Shown here: positions 46,139 through 56,500 of the stretch, one piece after another | How the letters are laid out: each line of letters begins with the position of its first letter | How positions within the stretch are numbered: the stretch's first letter is position 1 | Assembly: GCA_035507075.1 (NCBI GenBank) | Contig: DATJOL010000129.1 | Span: 17,052-81,051 of the forward strand | Direction: 5' to 3' | DNA from: Candidatus Aquilonibacter sp. | GTDB taxonomy: Bacteria; Acidobacteriota; Terriglobia; Acidiferrales; UBA7541 | Length of the DNA stretch: 64,000 nucleotides | Notes under the pieces: model-generated | What the model was told of the DNA's origin: nothing | What the model saw: the letters and a program-made list of their open reading frames with translations, nothing else | Databases searched by the model: none | Translations under genes and position numbers: made by a program

Positions 46139-46660
46139 ATGGCCGATATCAAGCAGCCGGCGGTTGGCGCGGCGCCCGACGTCAGGACCCTGCATCCTTC
46201 GCATCATCCGCGCCAAAAGCATCGACATAAGCCCAACAGCTTCTTTCATCAGCATTCACTCAGCATCGCTTCGATCGTGATCGTGAGCGTGTGGATCGTG
46301 GCGTATTGTTACTCGGATCCCAGCACGCATCTGGGGTCGTTTTTCGGCAATGCCATCGCGGATTGGACGGGCGTGGTGGTGACGGTGCTAGCCACGAAGT
46401 GGCTTTACGAGAAGAACTCACGAGAAAGCCGAAAGGTAAAGCCGAAGCCGGAGATGGGGCGACTCCTTTGCGCGATCCGGGATCATTCGCTTACGATTTT
46501 CTTGCTGGTCACAGGGATCGGCTGGGTGGTTCTCTTCGCAAGAATGGACGCGAACGGCAAGTGGGGGCAGGTAGTAGGGAATATTGTGTCCGAGTGGACG
46601 CAGATATTTGGAATGGTGGTGCTGACGAAGCGGCTGATCGAATGGAAATCGAAGGAGTGA
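46139..46660 (+). CDS. hypothetical membrane protein
   Basis: Basic His-rich N-terminus and four hydrophobic helices. No motif recognised. Confidence 0.5.
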   Translation: MADIKQPAVGAAPDVRTLHPSHHPRQKHRHKPNSFFHQHSLSIASIVIVSVWIVAYCYSDPSTHLGSFFGNAIADWTGVVVTVLATKWLYEKNSRESRKVKPKPEMGRLLCAIRDHSLTIFLLVTGIGWVVLFARMDANGKWGQVVGNIVSEWTQIFGMVVLTKRLIEWKSKE

Positions 46661-46775
46661 TCAAGATTATCAGCCTTAATTTGAGAGACATAGGACGGCA
46701 TCTGCCGCCCGCAGGCGAGCATCTAAAGTGGTGTGGTCATAAGCAGTGCAAAGGCTCGGAAAGGAGAGCTAAGAG

Positions 46776-47225
46776 ATGCGTGGTCTTACTAAAGGCTTTC
46801 TTACCGCGTTATTGGCAATGATGATTGTTGTACCCGTGGCTTCGGCTCGTGGATTCCGTGGAGGAGGGTTTCACGGAGGGTTTGGAGGGCCGGTTGTCGT
46901 AGGGCCAGGATTCGGCTGGGGTTTTGGCCTTGGCTGGGGACCAGGGTGGTGGGGCCCAGGTTGGTATGGACCATATGCGCCCTACTATTATGGCCCGGAG
47001 GAGCAGACAGATACGGGTAAGTTGAAGTTTGATACGAAGGCGAAAGACGCCATGGTATATGTGGACGGCGCTTATGCGGGGACGGTTGGGGAGTTGAAAA
47101 CCTTCTCGCTGAAGAGTGGCGACCACGATATCGCGCTGAAGGATCCCTCAGGGCACACCTATTACCAAGAGCGCGTGAATATCTTGCCGGGCAAGACGCT
47201 CACGTTGAAGCCTGACGCAGGATAA
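46776..47225 (+). CDS. secreted PEGA domain protein with Gly/Trp-rich segment
   Basis: Signal peptide, GFGWGFGLGWGPGWWGPGWYGP low complexity, and a C-terminal PEGA-like AMVYVDGAYAG...GDHDIALK. Confidence 0.65.
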   Translation: MRGLTKGFLTALLAMMIVVPVASARGFRGGGFHGGFGGPVVVGPGFGWGFGLGWGPGWWGPGWYGPYAPYYYGPEEQTDTGKLKFDTKAKDAMVYVDGAYAGTVGELKTFSLKSGDHDIALKDPSGHTYYQERVNILPGKTLTLKPDAG

Positions 47226-47245
47226 ACAAGGGTCAGGGGAGGTGG

Positions 47246-47283
47246 AAAGGCCGCTTCGAGCAATTGAGGCGGCCTTTTTATTT
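47246..47283 (+). terminator. Rho-independent terminator
   Basis: AAAGGCCGC (47246-47254) / GCGGCCTTT (47269-47277) stem followed by TTTTATTT. Sits between convergent genes. Confidence 0.7.
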
Positions 47284-47296
47284 GGGCTGCACGTAG

Positions 47297-47914
47297 TTAG
47301 GATTTTTTGGCAAGGAGAGGTGACGCCTCGCCCCACTTGCCAGTGAAAACGAAAGAATCGAGTGGTTTGCGGCTGCGAGGGGCGAGTTCGCGGTCTCGAA
47401 GCTGGTCGTGCAATTTTCCGGGGTCACCCGGATAGCCGATGGCGATACCGGCGACGGCTTCGTAGTTCTCGGGAATGGCGAAGAGTTCGCGGGCTTTGTC
47501 TGGAAGAATGCCAGCCATTTGATGAACCTGAAGGCCGAGCGCCGAGGCCTGTACGGCGAGAGTGGATGAGGCTTGGCCGACGTCGTGAAACGCGTGACGA
47601 TTAGGGCGACCGTCGTCAAAAGTGACGTGCGCGACACTGATGGCGAGCACAGGCGCGTTGATGGCCCAACCTTGGTTGAATTCAACGAAGCAGTCAAGAA
47701 TCTTGCGGTAATTCTCCGGGTCGTCTTTGGTGGCGACGATGTAGAACCAAGGTTGGGCGTTATAGGACGATGAGGACCAGCGAGCGGCTTCGAAAAGGCT
47801 GTGAAGTTTTTCGCGCTCGACAGGGCGGCTCTCGAAAGAGCGGGGGCTCCAGCGATGGCTAATGATTTCGTGAATGGGAGCAGAAACCGAAGCGGGCCTT
47901 GCGGTGGGTGTCAT
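47297..47914 (-). CDS. nitroreductase family protein
   Basis: ISHRWSPRSFESRPV...ARWSSSSYNAQPW. The ATG at 47914 is chosen because the ORF-track upstream extension overlaps pirin. Confidence 0.8.
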   Translation of the reverse strand: MTPTARPASVSAPIHEIISHRWSPRSFESRPVEREKLHSLFEAARWSSSSYNAQPWFYIVATKDDPENYRKILDCFVEFNQGWAINAPVLAISVAHVTFDDGRPNRHAFHDVGQASSTLAVQASALGLQVHQMAGILPDKARELFAIPENYEAVAGIAIGYPGDPGKLHDQLRDRELAPRSRKPLDSFVFTGKWGEASPLLAKKS

Positions 47915-48017
47915 AACGATTTTTCCTCTCTTTCCAAAGTGGCGGCCCATTTGGGCCCACAATATTCGTTCGCAAAAAAGCCGCCGGACGGCCTGATCCG
48001 TCCGGCAAGGATGATGC

Positions 48018-48707
48018 TTAAGCCAAATCGAAGAGCAGGACTTCGGAAGCATCGAGTGCTTCCACCTGCACCTTCGTTTCTTTCGAGACGGAAGCGCCGT
48101 CGCCGGCATAAAGCTTCTTGCCGTTCAAGCGAACGGAGCCGCGGGCGACTTGCAGCCATGCATAGCGCTCGGCACGGAGCGTGTGCGTTACAGTGACGCC
48201 CTTATCGAGACGCGCGATATAAAGATCGGCATCCTGATGAATAGTGAGCGGCGCCTGGGGCCCGGCGACGAGGCCGAACTTGTTGCGCAAATCAGCATCG
48301 GCGAACGCGAGCTGCTCATATCCGGGCTTGAGCCCTCTGCGATCAGGGAGAATCCAGATCTGCAGAAGATGCACGGGGTCGGTAGCGGACGCGTTGTATT
48401 CGCTGTGCAAGATGCCTGTGCCCGCGCTCATGTGCTGGAGCTCGCCGGGCCGGATTAGGCCCGTGTTCCCCATGTTGTCGCGATGCTGGAGCGCGCCATC
48501 GAGAACCCATGTGAGGATCTCCATATCGCGATGCGGATGCATGCCGAACCCCTTGCCGGGGGCGACGACGTCTTCATTGAGAACACGCAACGAGCGGAAC
48601 TGCACGTGCGAAGGATCGTAGTATTGATCGAACGAGAAGGTGAAGCGGGTATTGAGCCACGAGATTTCGTTGTGGCCGCGCTCTTCACTTGGACGAATTT
48701 GAACCAT
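48018..48707 (-). CDS. pirin family protein
   Basis: GFGMHPHRDMEILTWVLDGALQHRD cupin motif. Confidence 0.9.
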   Translation of the reverse strand: MVQIRPSEERGHNEISWLNTRFTFSFDQYYDPSHVQFRSLRVLNEDVVAPGKGFGMHPHRDMEILTWVLDGALQHRDNMGNTGLIRPGELQHMSAGTGILHSEYNASATDPVHLLQIWILPDRRGLKPGYEQLAFADADLRNKFGLVAGPQAPLTIHQDADLYIARLDKGVTVTHTLRAERYAWLQVARGSVRLNGKKLYAGDGASVSKETKVQVEALDASEVLLFDLA

Positions 48708-49197
48708 GATCCTGCCTCCTTGCTGCTTTCGGTACCACTGCTGAGTCTTCCTTGTCGCCGCGGCCGAGCTTGCGGCACAACGCGCGCAGCGCTTCCTGCT
48801 CGCCGGGCGAGAGACGACTCATTTCGGCGGTGATCGCCTCCGCATGGCTAGGAAATATGTTTGCGATCAGGCGGCGGCCGGACGGCGTGAGTTGAACGAC
48901 GACCATGCGGCGGTCTGCTTTTTGGCGCTGACGGCGGACTAATCCGCGCTTTTCCAAATTGTCGATGACGACCGTGAGATTGCCGCCGCTGCGCAGAAGC
49001 TTGCGCGCCAGTTCACATTGATTCAAAGGGCCGAGGTGCAGCAGAACCTCCATGACGGCGAACTGGCCGTGCGTGAGGCCACCCATCTCGATACGAGCGT
49101 CAAGGCGTGCGGAGAGGGAGTCCGCGGCCCTGAGAAAATTGATGAAGCAGCTCAAGGCGCGTTCCGTTTCCGGAGCTCCTTTGTAGTGGGTCGGCAT
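48685..49197 (-). CDS. MarR family transcriptional regulator
   Basis: Winged HTH LTHGQFAVMEVLLHLGPLNQCELARKLLRSGGNLTVVIDNLEKRGLVRR. First gene of the marR-pirin-nitroreductase operon. Confidence 0.9.
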   Translation of the reverse strand: MPTHYKGAPETERALSCFINFLRAADSLSARLDARIEMGGLTHGQFAVMEVLLHLGPLNQCELARKLLRSGGNLTVVIDNLEKRGLVRRQRQKADRRMVVVQLTPSGRRLIANIFPSHAEAITAEMSRLSPGEQEALRALCRKLGRGDKEDSAVVPKAARRQDHGSNSSK

Positions 49198-49206
49198 CTC
49201 TCAGGA

Positions 49207-49226
49207 ATCTTTTGAATTCAAATGAT
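49207..49226. promoter_or_regulatory. 20-bp near-perfect palindrome, candidate MarR operator
   Basis: ATCtTTTGAATTCAAAtGAT: 9 of 10 arm positions pair, with a perfect 12-bp core TTTGAATTCAAA. Lies 10 nt upstream of the marR ATG. Confidence 0.5.
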
Positions 49227-49261
49227 TCGATGTAGCCGGAAGCAAAAGGATTCAATGGATT

Positions 49262-49978
49262 TCAGGGCTTCTGGGTGGGGCGCAAAGATATCTCGCTGAT
49301 AAAGCTTTGGGGCGCCTGGGTCAAAATGGTCTCGACGGCATGGGCGACATCGTCCGGCTGGAGCATTTTGGTTGGGTCCTTCTTGCCATGAGGAGAGAAT
49401 TCGGTGGCGACGCTGCCGGGGCAGATGGCGCTCACGCGAATTCCGTGCGAGCGAAGGTCCTCGGCAGCGCATTGGGTGAGGCCGAGAAGGCCCCATTTCG
49501 ACGCGCAATAGATGGAGCCCCCCGCGAAGGCATTTTTGCCCGCGAGGGAAGCGATGTTGACGATATGGCCGCTCCTGCGTCGAACCATCCCGGGAGCGAC
49601 AGCTCTGGTGAGGAGGAACACCGCTTTGAGATTGGTGTCTAATATTGCGTCCCAGTCGGATTCGGATGCTTCCTGAATCGGGGCAAAGGCGCCGATACCG
49701 GCATTGTTAATGAGGATTTCGATTGGACCAAGGATATTTTCGGTTTTGGGCACGAGGGACGCGACCTCGTCGGGGTGCGTGAGGTCGGCGGCAATGGGGG
49801 CGACCTTCGTCCTGGATTGCAGACGTTTTGCTACAGCGTCCAGCCGATTGCCGTCTCGAGCGATGAGAGCCAAGCTAGCACCCAGAGCCGCGAGGCGTTG
49901 GGCGACGGCAAGCCCGATGCCGCGGCTCGCTCCTGTGATTAGGGCTACTTTTCCGGCAAGGGGTTTTTCGGATTCCAT
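49262..49978 (-). CDS. SDR family oxidoreductase
   Basis: TGASRGIG, NNAG and YCASK motifs. ATG at 49978 has SD GGAGA (the track starts at TTG 49993). Confidence 0.9.
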   Translation of the reverse strand: MESEKPLAGKVALITGASRGIGLAVAQRLAALGASLALIARDGNRLDAVAKRLQSRTKVAPIAADLTHPDEVASLVPKTENILGPIEILINNAGIGAFAPIQEASESDWDAILDTNLKAVFLLTRAVAPGMVRRRSGHIVNIASLAGKNAFAGGSIYCASKWGLLGLTQCAAEDLRSHGIRVSAICPGSVATEFSPHGKKDPTKMLQPDDVAHAVETILTQAPQSFISEISLRPTQKP

Positions 49979-50092
49979 GGGCGATCTCCACAAAGCGACA
50001 TTTGGGCGTTGTTCACCATCCCATAATCAGATCACGATCATAACGAAACAGCAAAGAGAACGGCACGCGACGCAAGAGAAGTGGAATTGGCC

Positions 50093-50121
50093 TTGCGTGC
50101 GTCGAAGGCTTTACCTATAAT
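50093..50121 (+). promoter_or_regulatory. sigma70-type promoter
   Basis: TTGCGT (50093-50098), 17-nt spacer, TATAAT (50116-50121), upstream of the 50208 gene. Confidence 0.5.
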
Positions 50122-50207
50122 CCCGTCGATTTGTTGTCTTTAGACGAATTGACGATAGGCGAAAGGTTTCAAATCCCTCAGAGGCCGCCGAACCAGGAGG
50201 CAGGCGA

Positions 50208-51581
50208 GTGAAGATGCGAAAACAAACAAAAATAGTGCTGATTGTGCTGGGCGCATTCGCACTGATAGCGCTGACTGCCGCGCCGGCGAAGGCCCAGGCG
50301 GCCCAATCCGGGCAGGCAGCGAAGCCGAGCTACACGATGCCGGAATACAACGCGTTTACAGCGTGCCAGCAGGAAAAAGATCCGAACCAGCAGGTGAAGT
50401 GCTTCGACGACTTCGTTTCGAGATTCCCCAGTTCAACGCTGATGCCATACGTCTATCAACTGGAGGTTCCGGACTACCAAAAACTGAACAATTGCCAGCA
50501 AGAAATTGCCGTGGCGGACAAGCTGATCGCGCTGGATAGCGTGGCCGTGGGCACGAAGCTGCAAGCGACCCTCTCCCGGTTGCAAGCGTTTGCCCAGTGC
50601 TACAACGCCAGCGATCCGAACGCGACCGCCGACCTGACGAAGGACCGGGACCTCGCAGTTCAGGGCCAGAAGATGCTGACGCAAATTCCCAAACCGGCGA
50701 ACGTGACGGACGAAGCTTTTCAGCAGTCACTGAAGCAAGTGACCAGCATTCTGGACAACCAGGCGGCTTGGGCGGATATGCAACTGAAGGATTATCCCTC
50801 TGCTGTGAGCGCTTACAAGGATGCGATGACGGCCAATCCGAACGATGCCGGAGCAAGCTACGAAATGGGCACAGCTTACTTAGCGATGAATCCGCCGCAG
50901 GCAATCAACGGTTTCTGGGCCATTGCGCGCGCCATCGATCTGAAAGTGCAGAAGGCCGACCAGGTGCAGCAGTACCTGCGCTCCCGGATTTTGGCCTACG
51001 AGCAGCCGGGTTGCGACAGTCAGGTGGACCAGCAATTGAACAATATGTTGCAGCTCGCGGCCAATTCGCCTGAACCGCCCGCGACGTTTACTATACCCAG
51101 CGCCGCCGATCTGGGCCAGATTCGCAGCAACAGCACAATTTTGACAATCATCAGCGACCTGGGGAGCGGCGGGGACAAGGCCACGCAGACGTGGCTTGCC
51201 GTTTGCGGCTCCGAGCTTTCCGCTGTAAGCGGCAAGGTGATTGACGTGCAGCAGGGCGACGGCTCCGTGGATTTCATGGTGTATACGGGTGCGACCTCAG
51301 CAGACATGGAAGCCGCGACGACACCGAATATGGATGTGAAGGTTTACACGACAGCTCCTGCTACGCCACCTGCGAATCCGGCGGGTGCGAGCGCTCCGCC
51401 GGAGCAGATTACGCCCCAGCCAGATGTGGTTCGTATAGAGAAAGGCGATCCCATCAGCTTCTCGGGGACAATCGTGAGCTATGATCCTTCGCCGTTCCTG
51501 TTGCATTGGGACGACGTGAAGGTTGATCCGTCGTCGATTCCAGCGGCTAAACCCGAAGCGCGCCACGGCAGAGGAAAATAA
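50208..51581 (+). CDS. secreted hypothetical protein with TPR-like segment
   Basis: Signal peptide IVLIVLGAFALIALTAAPAKA. TPR-like DYPSAVSAYKDAMTANPNDAGASYEMGTAYL. GTG start with AGGAGG SD. Confidence 0.6.
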   Translation: MKMRKQTKIVLIVLGAFALIALTAAPAKAQAAQSGQAAKPSYTMPEYNAFTACQQEKDPNQQVKCFDDFVSRFPSSTLMPYVYQLEVPDYQKLNNCQQEIAVADKLIALDSVAVGTKLQATLSRLQAFAQCYNASDPNATADLTKDRDLAVQGQKMLTQIPKPANVTDEAFQQSLKQVTSILDNQAAWADMQLKDYPSAVSAYKDAMTANPNDAGASYEMGTAYLAMNPPQAINGFWAIARAIDLKVQKADQVQQYLRSRILAYEQPGCDSQVDQQLNNMLQLAANSPEPPATFTIPSAADLGQIRSNSTILTIISDLGSGGDKATQTWLAVCGSELSAVSGKVIDVQQGDGSVDFMVYTGATSADMEAATTPNMDVKVYTTAPATPPANPAGASAPPEQITPQPDVVRIEKGDPISFSGTIVSYDPSPFLLHWDDVKVDPSSIPAAKPEARHGRGK

Positions 51582-51608
51582 CGCCTTTCGGTTAAAGAAT
51601 CTGAATAG

Positions 51609-51650
51609 AAAGGCCGGTTCCTTCGGGACCTGGCCTTTTTGTTTTTATTT
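51609..51650 (+). terminator. Rho-independent terminator
   Basis: GGCCGGTTCC-TTCG-GGACCTGGCC hairpin followed by TTTTTGTTTTTATTT. Confidence 0.7.
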
Positions 51651-51671
51651 GAACAAACTGTGAGATTAGCG

Positions 51672-51902
51672 CTAACGCCGGCTCTCGCGGCGGCGACCTG
51701 CGTGATCAAGCTTGTAGTCTGAGACTTTGCGGCTAAGGGTATTGCGGTGAATGCCAAGAACCTTGGCGGCTCGAGACTGGTTTCCCTGAGAGTGTTCGAG
51801 CACGCATTTGATGAACTTTTTTTCGAATTCGGTGATGGCCTCTTCGAGCAGGATTCCCCGGTCAACCATCATTCCGATCAAAGATTCGAGTTGCTCCTTC
51901 AC
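51672..51902 (-). CDS. Fis-family helix-turn-helix DNA-binding protein
   Basis: C-terminal GNQSRAAKVLGIHRNTLSRKV. GTG at 51902 is chosen because the longer ORF overlaps purC. Confidence 0.7.
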   Translation of the reverse strand: MKEQLESLIGMMVDRGILLEEAITEFEKKFIKCVLEHSQGNQSRAAKVLGIHRNTLSRKVSDYKLDHAGRRRESRR

Positions 51903-51931
51903 GCTAGCACGCTCCCTGGACGAGGTCGAGA

Positions 51932-52831
51932 TTAGGCGAGTGCGTGGCCCGTGATGCGCTGGTAGGCTTCCCTGTACTTTTCTTGTGTTGCGGCGACGAC
52001 GTCGGGCGGAAGAGCGGGACCGGGCGGCTGCTTGTTCCAACCGATGCGTTCGAGATAATCGCGTACGTATTGCTTGTCAAAAGACTGCTGAGCGACGCCG
52101 GACTGATACTGGCTGGCGGGCCAAAAGCGCGAAGAATCGGGCGTGAGCGCTTCATCGATCCAGATCAGCTGGCCGTTCGACAAACCAAACTCGAATTTCG
52201 TGTCGGCAATAATGATGCCGCGAGCTGCCGCGTATTCGGCCGCGCGGCTATACAGTTCGATGCTGGTGTCGCGAATCTTTTCCGCGAGCGGGCGTCCGAT
52301 GGTGTCGACAGTCTGATCGAAGGAAATGTTTTCGTCATGGCCGGTGGTGGCTTTCGTCGACGGCGTGAAGATCGGCTGCGGCAGCTTGTCCGATTCGCGC
52401 AGGCCCTTGGGCAGCGGGGTACCGCAGATCGCTCCCGTTTTCTGATAGTCCTTCCAGCCGGAGCCGACGATATAGCCACGAACGACACATTCGACGGGCA
52501 GAGGCTGAGTGCGGCGTACCAACATGGAACGCCCCGCGAGTGCTTCCGCATAGGGCGCGAGTACTCCGGTGAAGCCGGCAGCGGTGATGACGTGGTGCGG
52601 GACGATGCTCGCGAGTTTCTCAAACCAAAAAAGAGAGAGCTGCGTCAATACACGGCCTTTGTCGGGAATAGGCGTCGGCAGCACTACGTCGAAGGCGGAA
52701 AGGCGATCGGTGGCAACTATAAGAAGATCGTCGCCAACTTCATAGATGTCTCGAACTTTGCCGCGCCCGCGAAGGGAAAGACCGGGAAAATCCGTCTGAG
52801 AAATTGCCACATTCATTTTGGGAGATGCCAC
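51932..52831 (-). CDS. purC: phosphoribosylaminoimidazole-succinocarboxamide synthase
   Basis: GKVRDIY...ATDRLSAFD...GIIIADTKFEFG...DEALTPDSSRFW. Confidence 0.95.
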   Translation of the reverse strand: MASPKMNVAISQTDFPGLSLRGRGKVRDIYEVGDDLLIVATDRLSAFDVVLPTPIPDKGRVLTQLSLFWFEKLASIVPHHVITAAGFTGVLAPYAEALAGRSMLVRRTQPLPVECVVRGYIVGSGWKDYQKTGAICGTPLPKGLRESDKLPQPIFTPSTKATTGHDENISFDQTVDTIGRPLAEKIRDTSIELYSRAAEYAAARGIIIADTKFEFGLSNGQLIWIDEALTPDSSRFWPASQYQSGVAQQSFDKQYVRDYLERIGWNKQPPGPALPPDVVAATQEKYREAYQRITGHALA

Positions 52832-52927
52832 TGGGCGCGTTTCCTCGATTGATGGAGGGGCTTATTCTATCGCGTGGAAGGCGGAAGTCAATCGAGAAGA
52901 AGGCGAAGCGAAAATGCTTGAGATAGA

Positions 52928-53500
52928 ATGCGCATCAGGTACGACAGCGGAGGAGACATGCCAAGTGGGGAATTCTGGAAGTATTTGATGAGCTTGGCGA
53001 TAATTTTTGCGACGAGCGCTCTCGCGGCGGCTTCCTGCGCCGCGCAGACAAACAGGACGCCGGCCGCGCCTGTGCCGGCGGCAATCGCCTCATCGCGGAG
53101 GATTTTCATTTCCAACGCCGGCGACAGTTGCGTCGTCGCGAGGAAGCTGGGGCAAGGACCAGATGTCGCATACAACGAGTTTTATGCGGACATGAAGGCC
53201 TGGGGGCATTACGATCTCGCCGCGAGCCCGGAGGCATCGGACTTAGTGTTTGAAATACGTTTCGAGTGCCCGCTCTTTGCGACGCAAACAAGTCTGGATA
53301 CATATGATCCACGTTTTCAGTTGAGGATAATCGATCCCAAAGTGAACATTGTGCTTTGGACGATTACGGAACACATCGAAGGTGCCTTTCGGATATCGAC
53401 TGCAGAAAAGAATTTCGCGGCGGGAGAGGCTGCAATCGTCACAGACTTGAAGACGATTGCCGGATCGAACTCAGATAGCTCGGTGCCAAGTTCGCAATGA
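52928..53500 (+). CDS. hypothetical secreted protein
   Basis: Signal peptide MSLAIIFATSALAAASCAAQ (the start may be internal to the ORF). No motif recognised. Confidence 0.5.
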   Translation: MRIRYDSGGDMPSGEFWKYLMSLAIIFATSALAAASCAAQTNRTPAAPVPAAIASSRRIFISNAGDSCVVARKLGQGPDVAYNEFYADMKAWGHYDLAASPEASDLVFEIRFECPLFATQTSLDTYDPRFQLRIIDPKVNIVLWTITEHIEGAFRISTAEKNFAAGEAAIVTDLKTIAGSNSDSSVPSSQ

Positions 53501-53504
53501 TACT

Positions 53505-56500
53505 TCAGGCGGCGTTGCTTGTCGCGGCGCCGCGAGGTTCGGCAGCTGCGTCCGAGTCTTCCCACTTCACCGAGACGAGCTTTGAGACGCCCGGCTCCTG
53601 CATCGTGACGCCGTAGAGAACGGAACCCATTTCCATCGTGCGGCGGTTGTGCGTGACGACAATGAATTGCGTCTGGCCGCACATATCGGCCAGCATTTTG
53701 TTGAAGCGTCCGACGTTGGCTTCGTCGAGCGGGGCGTCGACTTCGTCAAGGATGCAAAAGGGGCTCGGCGAATAACGGAAGACCGCTATCAAGAGGGCGA
53801 GAGCCGTGAGCGCCTTTTCGCCGCCGGAAAGAAGCATGATGCTTTGCAGGCGCTTGCCGGGAGGCTGGGCAACGATGTCAATGCCAGCCTCGCCGGAGCT
53901 ATCGGGTTCCGCGAGACGCATCTCGCCGTGACCGCCGCCAAAGAGAGATTGGAAGGCGATGGCGAAATGCGCGTTGATGAAATTGAACGCCTCTTCGAAC
54001 TTTTGCCGTGAGACCTGATCGAGTTCGTTGATTGTGAGCTGCGTATTCTGGATTGACTGAACGAGGTCGTCGCGCTCGCGGCGAAGGAATTCGTCGCGCT
54101 GCTCGCATTCCTGAAATTCTTCGAGCGCCATCATGTTCACCGGGCCTATCGCTTCGACGCGAGCCTTCATCTCGTTGTAATTGGTTTCGGCAGCGATGAG
54201 CGCCTCGCCGATAAGGAGCTGCGCTTCCTGAGCCATCAACTCTTCGGGCTGTGCGTTCAATTCGGCGACGCAGGTCTGCCGGAGATAATCGCGATCGGCG
54301 CCGTTGCGCGCTTTCTCGATCTGACGATCGTTGCGCTGGGCGCGCAGATCTTCGAGAGCCTGGCGCCTGGAGCGGACGGATTCCTCGAGTTCGGCGGTGC
54401 GAGCGCGCGACTGTTGCCATTCGGACTCGAGCGCGGCTTTGCTTTCTTCGAAGCGTAGCTTGTCCTGGCGGAGAGCAGCGACCTGCGAAATCAGTAGCTC
54501 GCAGGCGGATTCGAGCGAGGCCTTTTCGGCCGCGAGCGATTCATGCTGTCGGCGGACACCTGCGACTCGCTGCTCCGCTTGAGCGTGCTCTTCGGCAAGG
54601 CGCCTGGCGGAGGATTCGGCGCTGGCCAACCGTTCGGACATGGCTGCGAGCTCTTCGCGACGAGCGACCACGCCCTCCTGCAAGGATTGGAATGCGGAGC
54701 GAAGCGCTGCCAGCTTGCGCGTGGATTCGACCGCTTCAGCTTCGGCGGCGGCACGGAAGCGTGCTGCTTCGGCGTGTTGATTGCGAGCTTCTTCAGCGCG
54801 AACGCGAGCTACGCCAGCTTCGGCACGGAGACGCGCAATTTCGGAGCGCTCGGAGTCGAGTTGCTGTTCCACGCGAGCCAGGTCGTTGTACGCCTGATCG
54901 CGCTGGTGGGCGGCAGCGACAAGGGCTTTTTCGGCCTCCATCTGCTGGCTTGTGGCAGAAGCGATCTGGGTCTCACTGTCAGCCACCTGCTGCGCGATTC
55001 GGGCGAGATCGGATTGGCGCTCTTCGGCCAGGTGATTCAGGCGCGCGACTTCGCTCTCGTGGAGACGAAGCTCACGCTTGAGGGCCAGTGGGCCCGCGTC
55101 GCCGGCGCGGCCTCCGGTGACCATGCGGCCGTGATAGCAGGTTCCATCCAGAGTGAGGTAATAACTGTGCGGATTTTCGCGCGCGATCTGTTCAGCGACG
55201 AAGCCGCTTTCGACGAGATAGGCCGTGCGGAGCTTGGTGAGAAAATGCTTGGTCGCCGGACCGAGAGGATCGCGGAATTCAACAAGGCGATCGAGGCGGG
55301 CGATTACGCCTTCGGGAAGCGGGAGATTTGCATCGGCTTCCTTCGTATCGATGTTCAGATTGCGCAGGGAATCGACGAAGAAGGTGGCGCGGCCGCCCAT
55401 TTCGTCGCGAAGCAGCGCCACCCCGGCGCGGGCGTGATCGAACGATTCGACGACGATGTATTCGAGTTCGTCGCGAAGGAACTGTTCGATCGCGGACTCG
55501 TATCGCTCGGGAACTTCGGCGTAATCCGCCAGAAGTCCGACGGCGTAGAAATTGCTCGAGCCGGAAGAGCCGCCGACATTGAAGAGCTTCTGGACAGCAT
55601 CGGCCGTGTAGGCACGTTCACGAAGAATCTGTTCGATCGAAGACTGGCGGGCGCGCGCAGCGGAAAGTTCCTGGCGGGTGCTTTCGAGCTGCTGCGAGGT
55701 TTCCTGTTGTGAATGGCGCGACGTGGCAAGCGCAGCCTGGGCTTCGCGGACGGCTGCGGCGAGCTCGCGCGTTTTGCGATCAGCGGCGTCATAGGCCGCG
55801 CTCGCGAGCTGAACTTGCGATTCGAGAGTGGCGAATTGTTGTTCGAGTCCGGCGAGAGAGGCGGAACGCTGCTGGTCGGCCTCGCTGAGACGTGTGGCCG
55901 CCTCTTCCGCTCGTTGCGATTCGGCTTGCTGGCGAGACGATTCTTCCACGTAGCGCGCGGCCAGGAGTCGGAGTTCTTCGGTGCGGCGTTCGAGTTGTTC
56001 CTGTTCCGAGGTGCTGCCGGAAACTTGCTCCATCGAGGAGCGAAGCGCCGTTTCGAGCGCGGCGGTTTGGGAGCGAAGCGAATCGATGGATTCGTTCTGG
56101 GCAAGGACGCGAGAAGACAGCGTCTCGACCTGACGCGATGCGTCCTCGATCTCGAACGTCAGGCGAGTTGCACGCGATTCGATTTGGGCGGCTTGTTCGC
56201 GATTGAATGTGATGCGATTCTCAGCGCGGTCGAGTTCGATGGCGGCCTGATTGAGAAGGTTGTGGACCTGGCGCAGCTCTGCATCGAGTTCGTAAGTGCG
56301 ATTGCTCAGGCGCTCCTGTTCAGATTCGAGAGAATGAAGAGTCACAGCATCGCGTTCCTCGGCAGCGCGCATTTCACGCAGCAGATTCTCGAGGCGCGCG
56401 GCTTCGATATCGAGATGCTCGGCCTTGCTGGCGAGAACGCTGCGGAGCAGGCCGCGCATTTGTTCGCGCAATTCAGCGTAACGGCGAGCCTTGGATGCCT

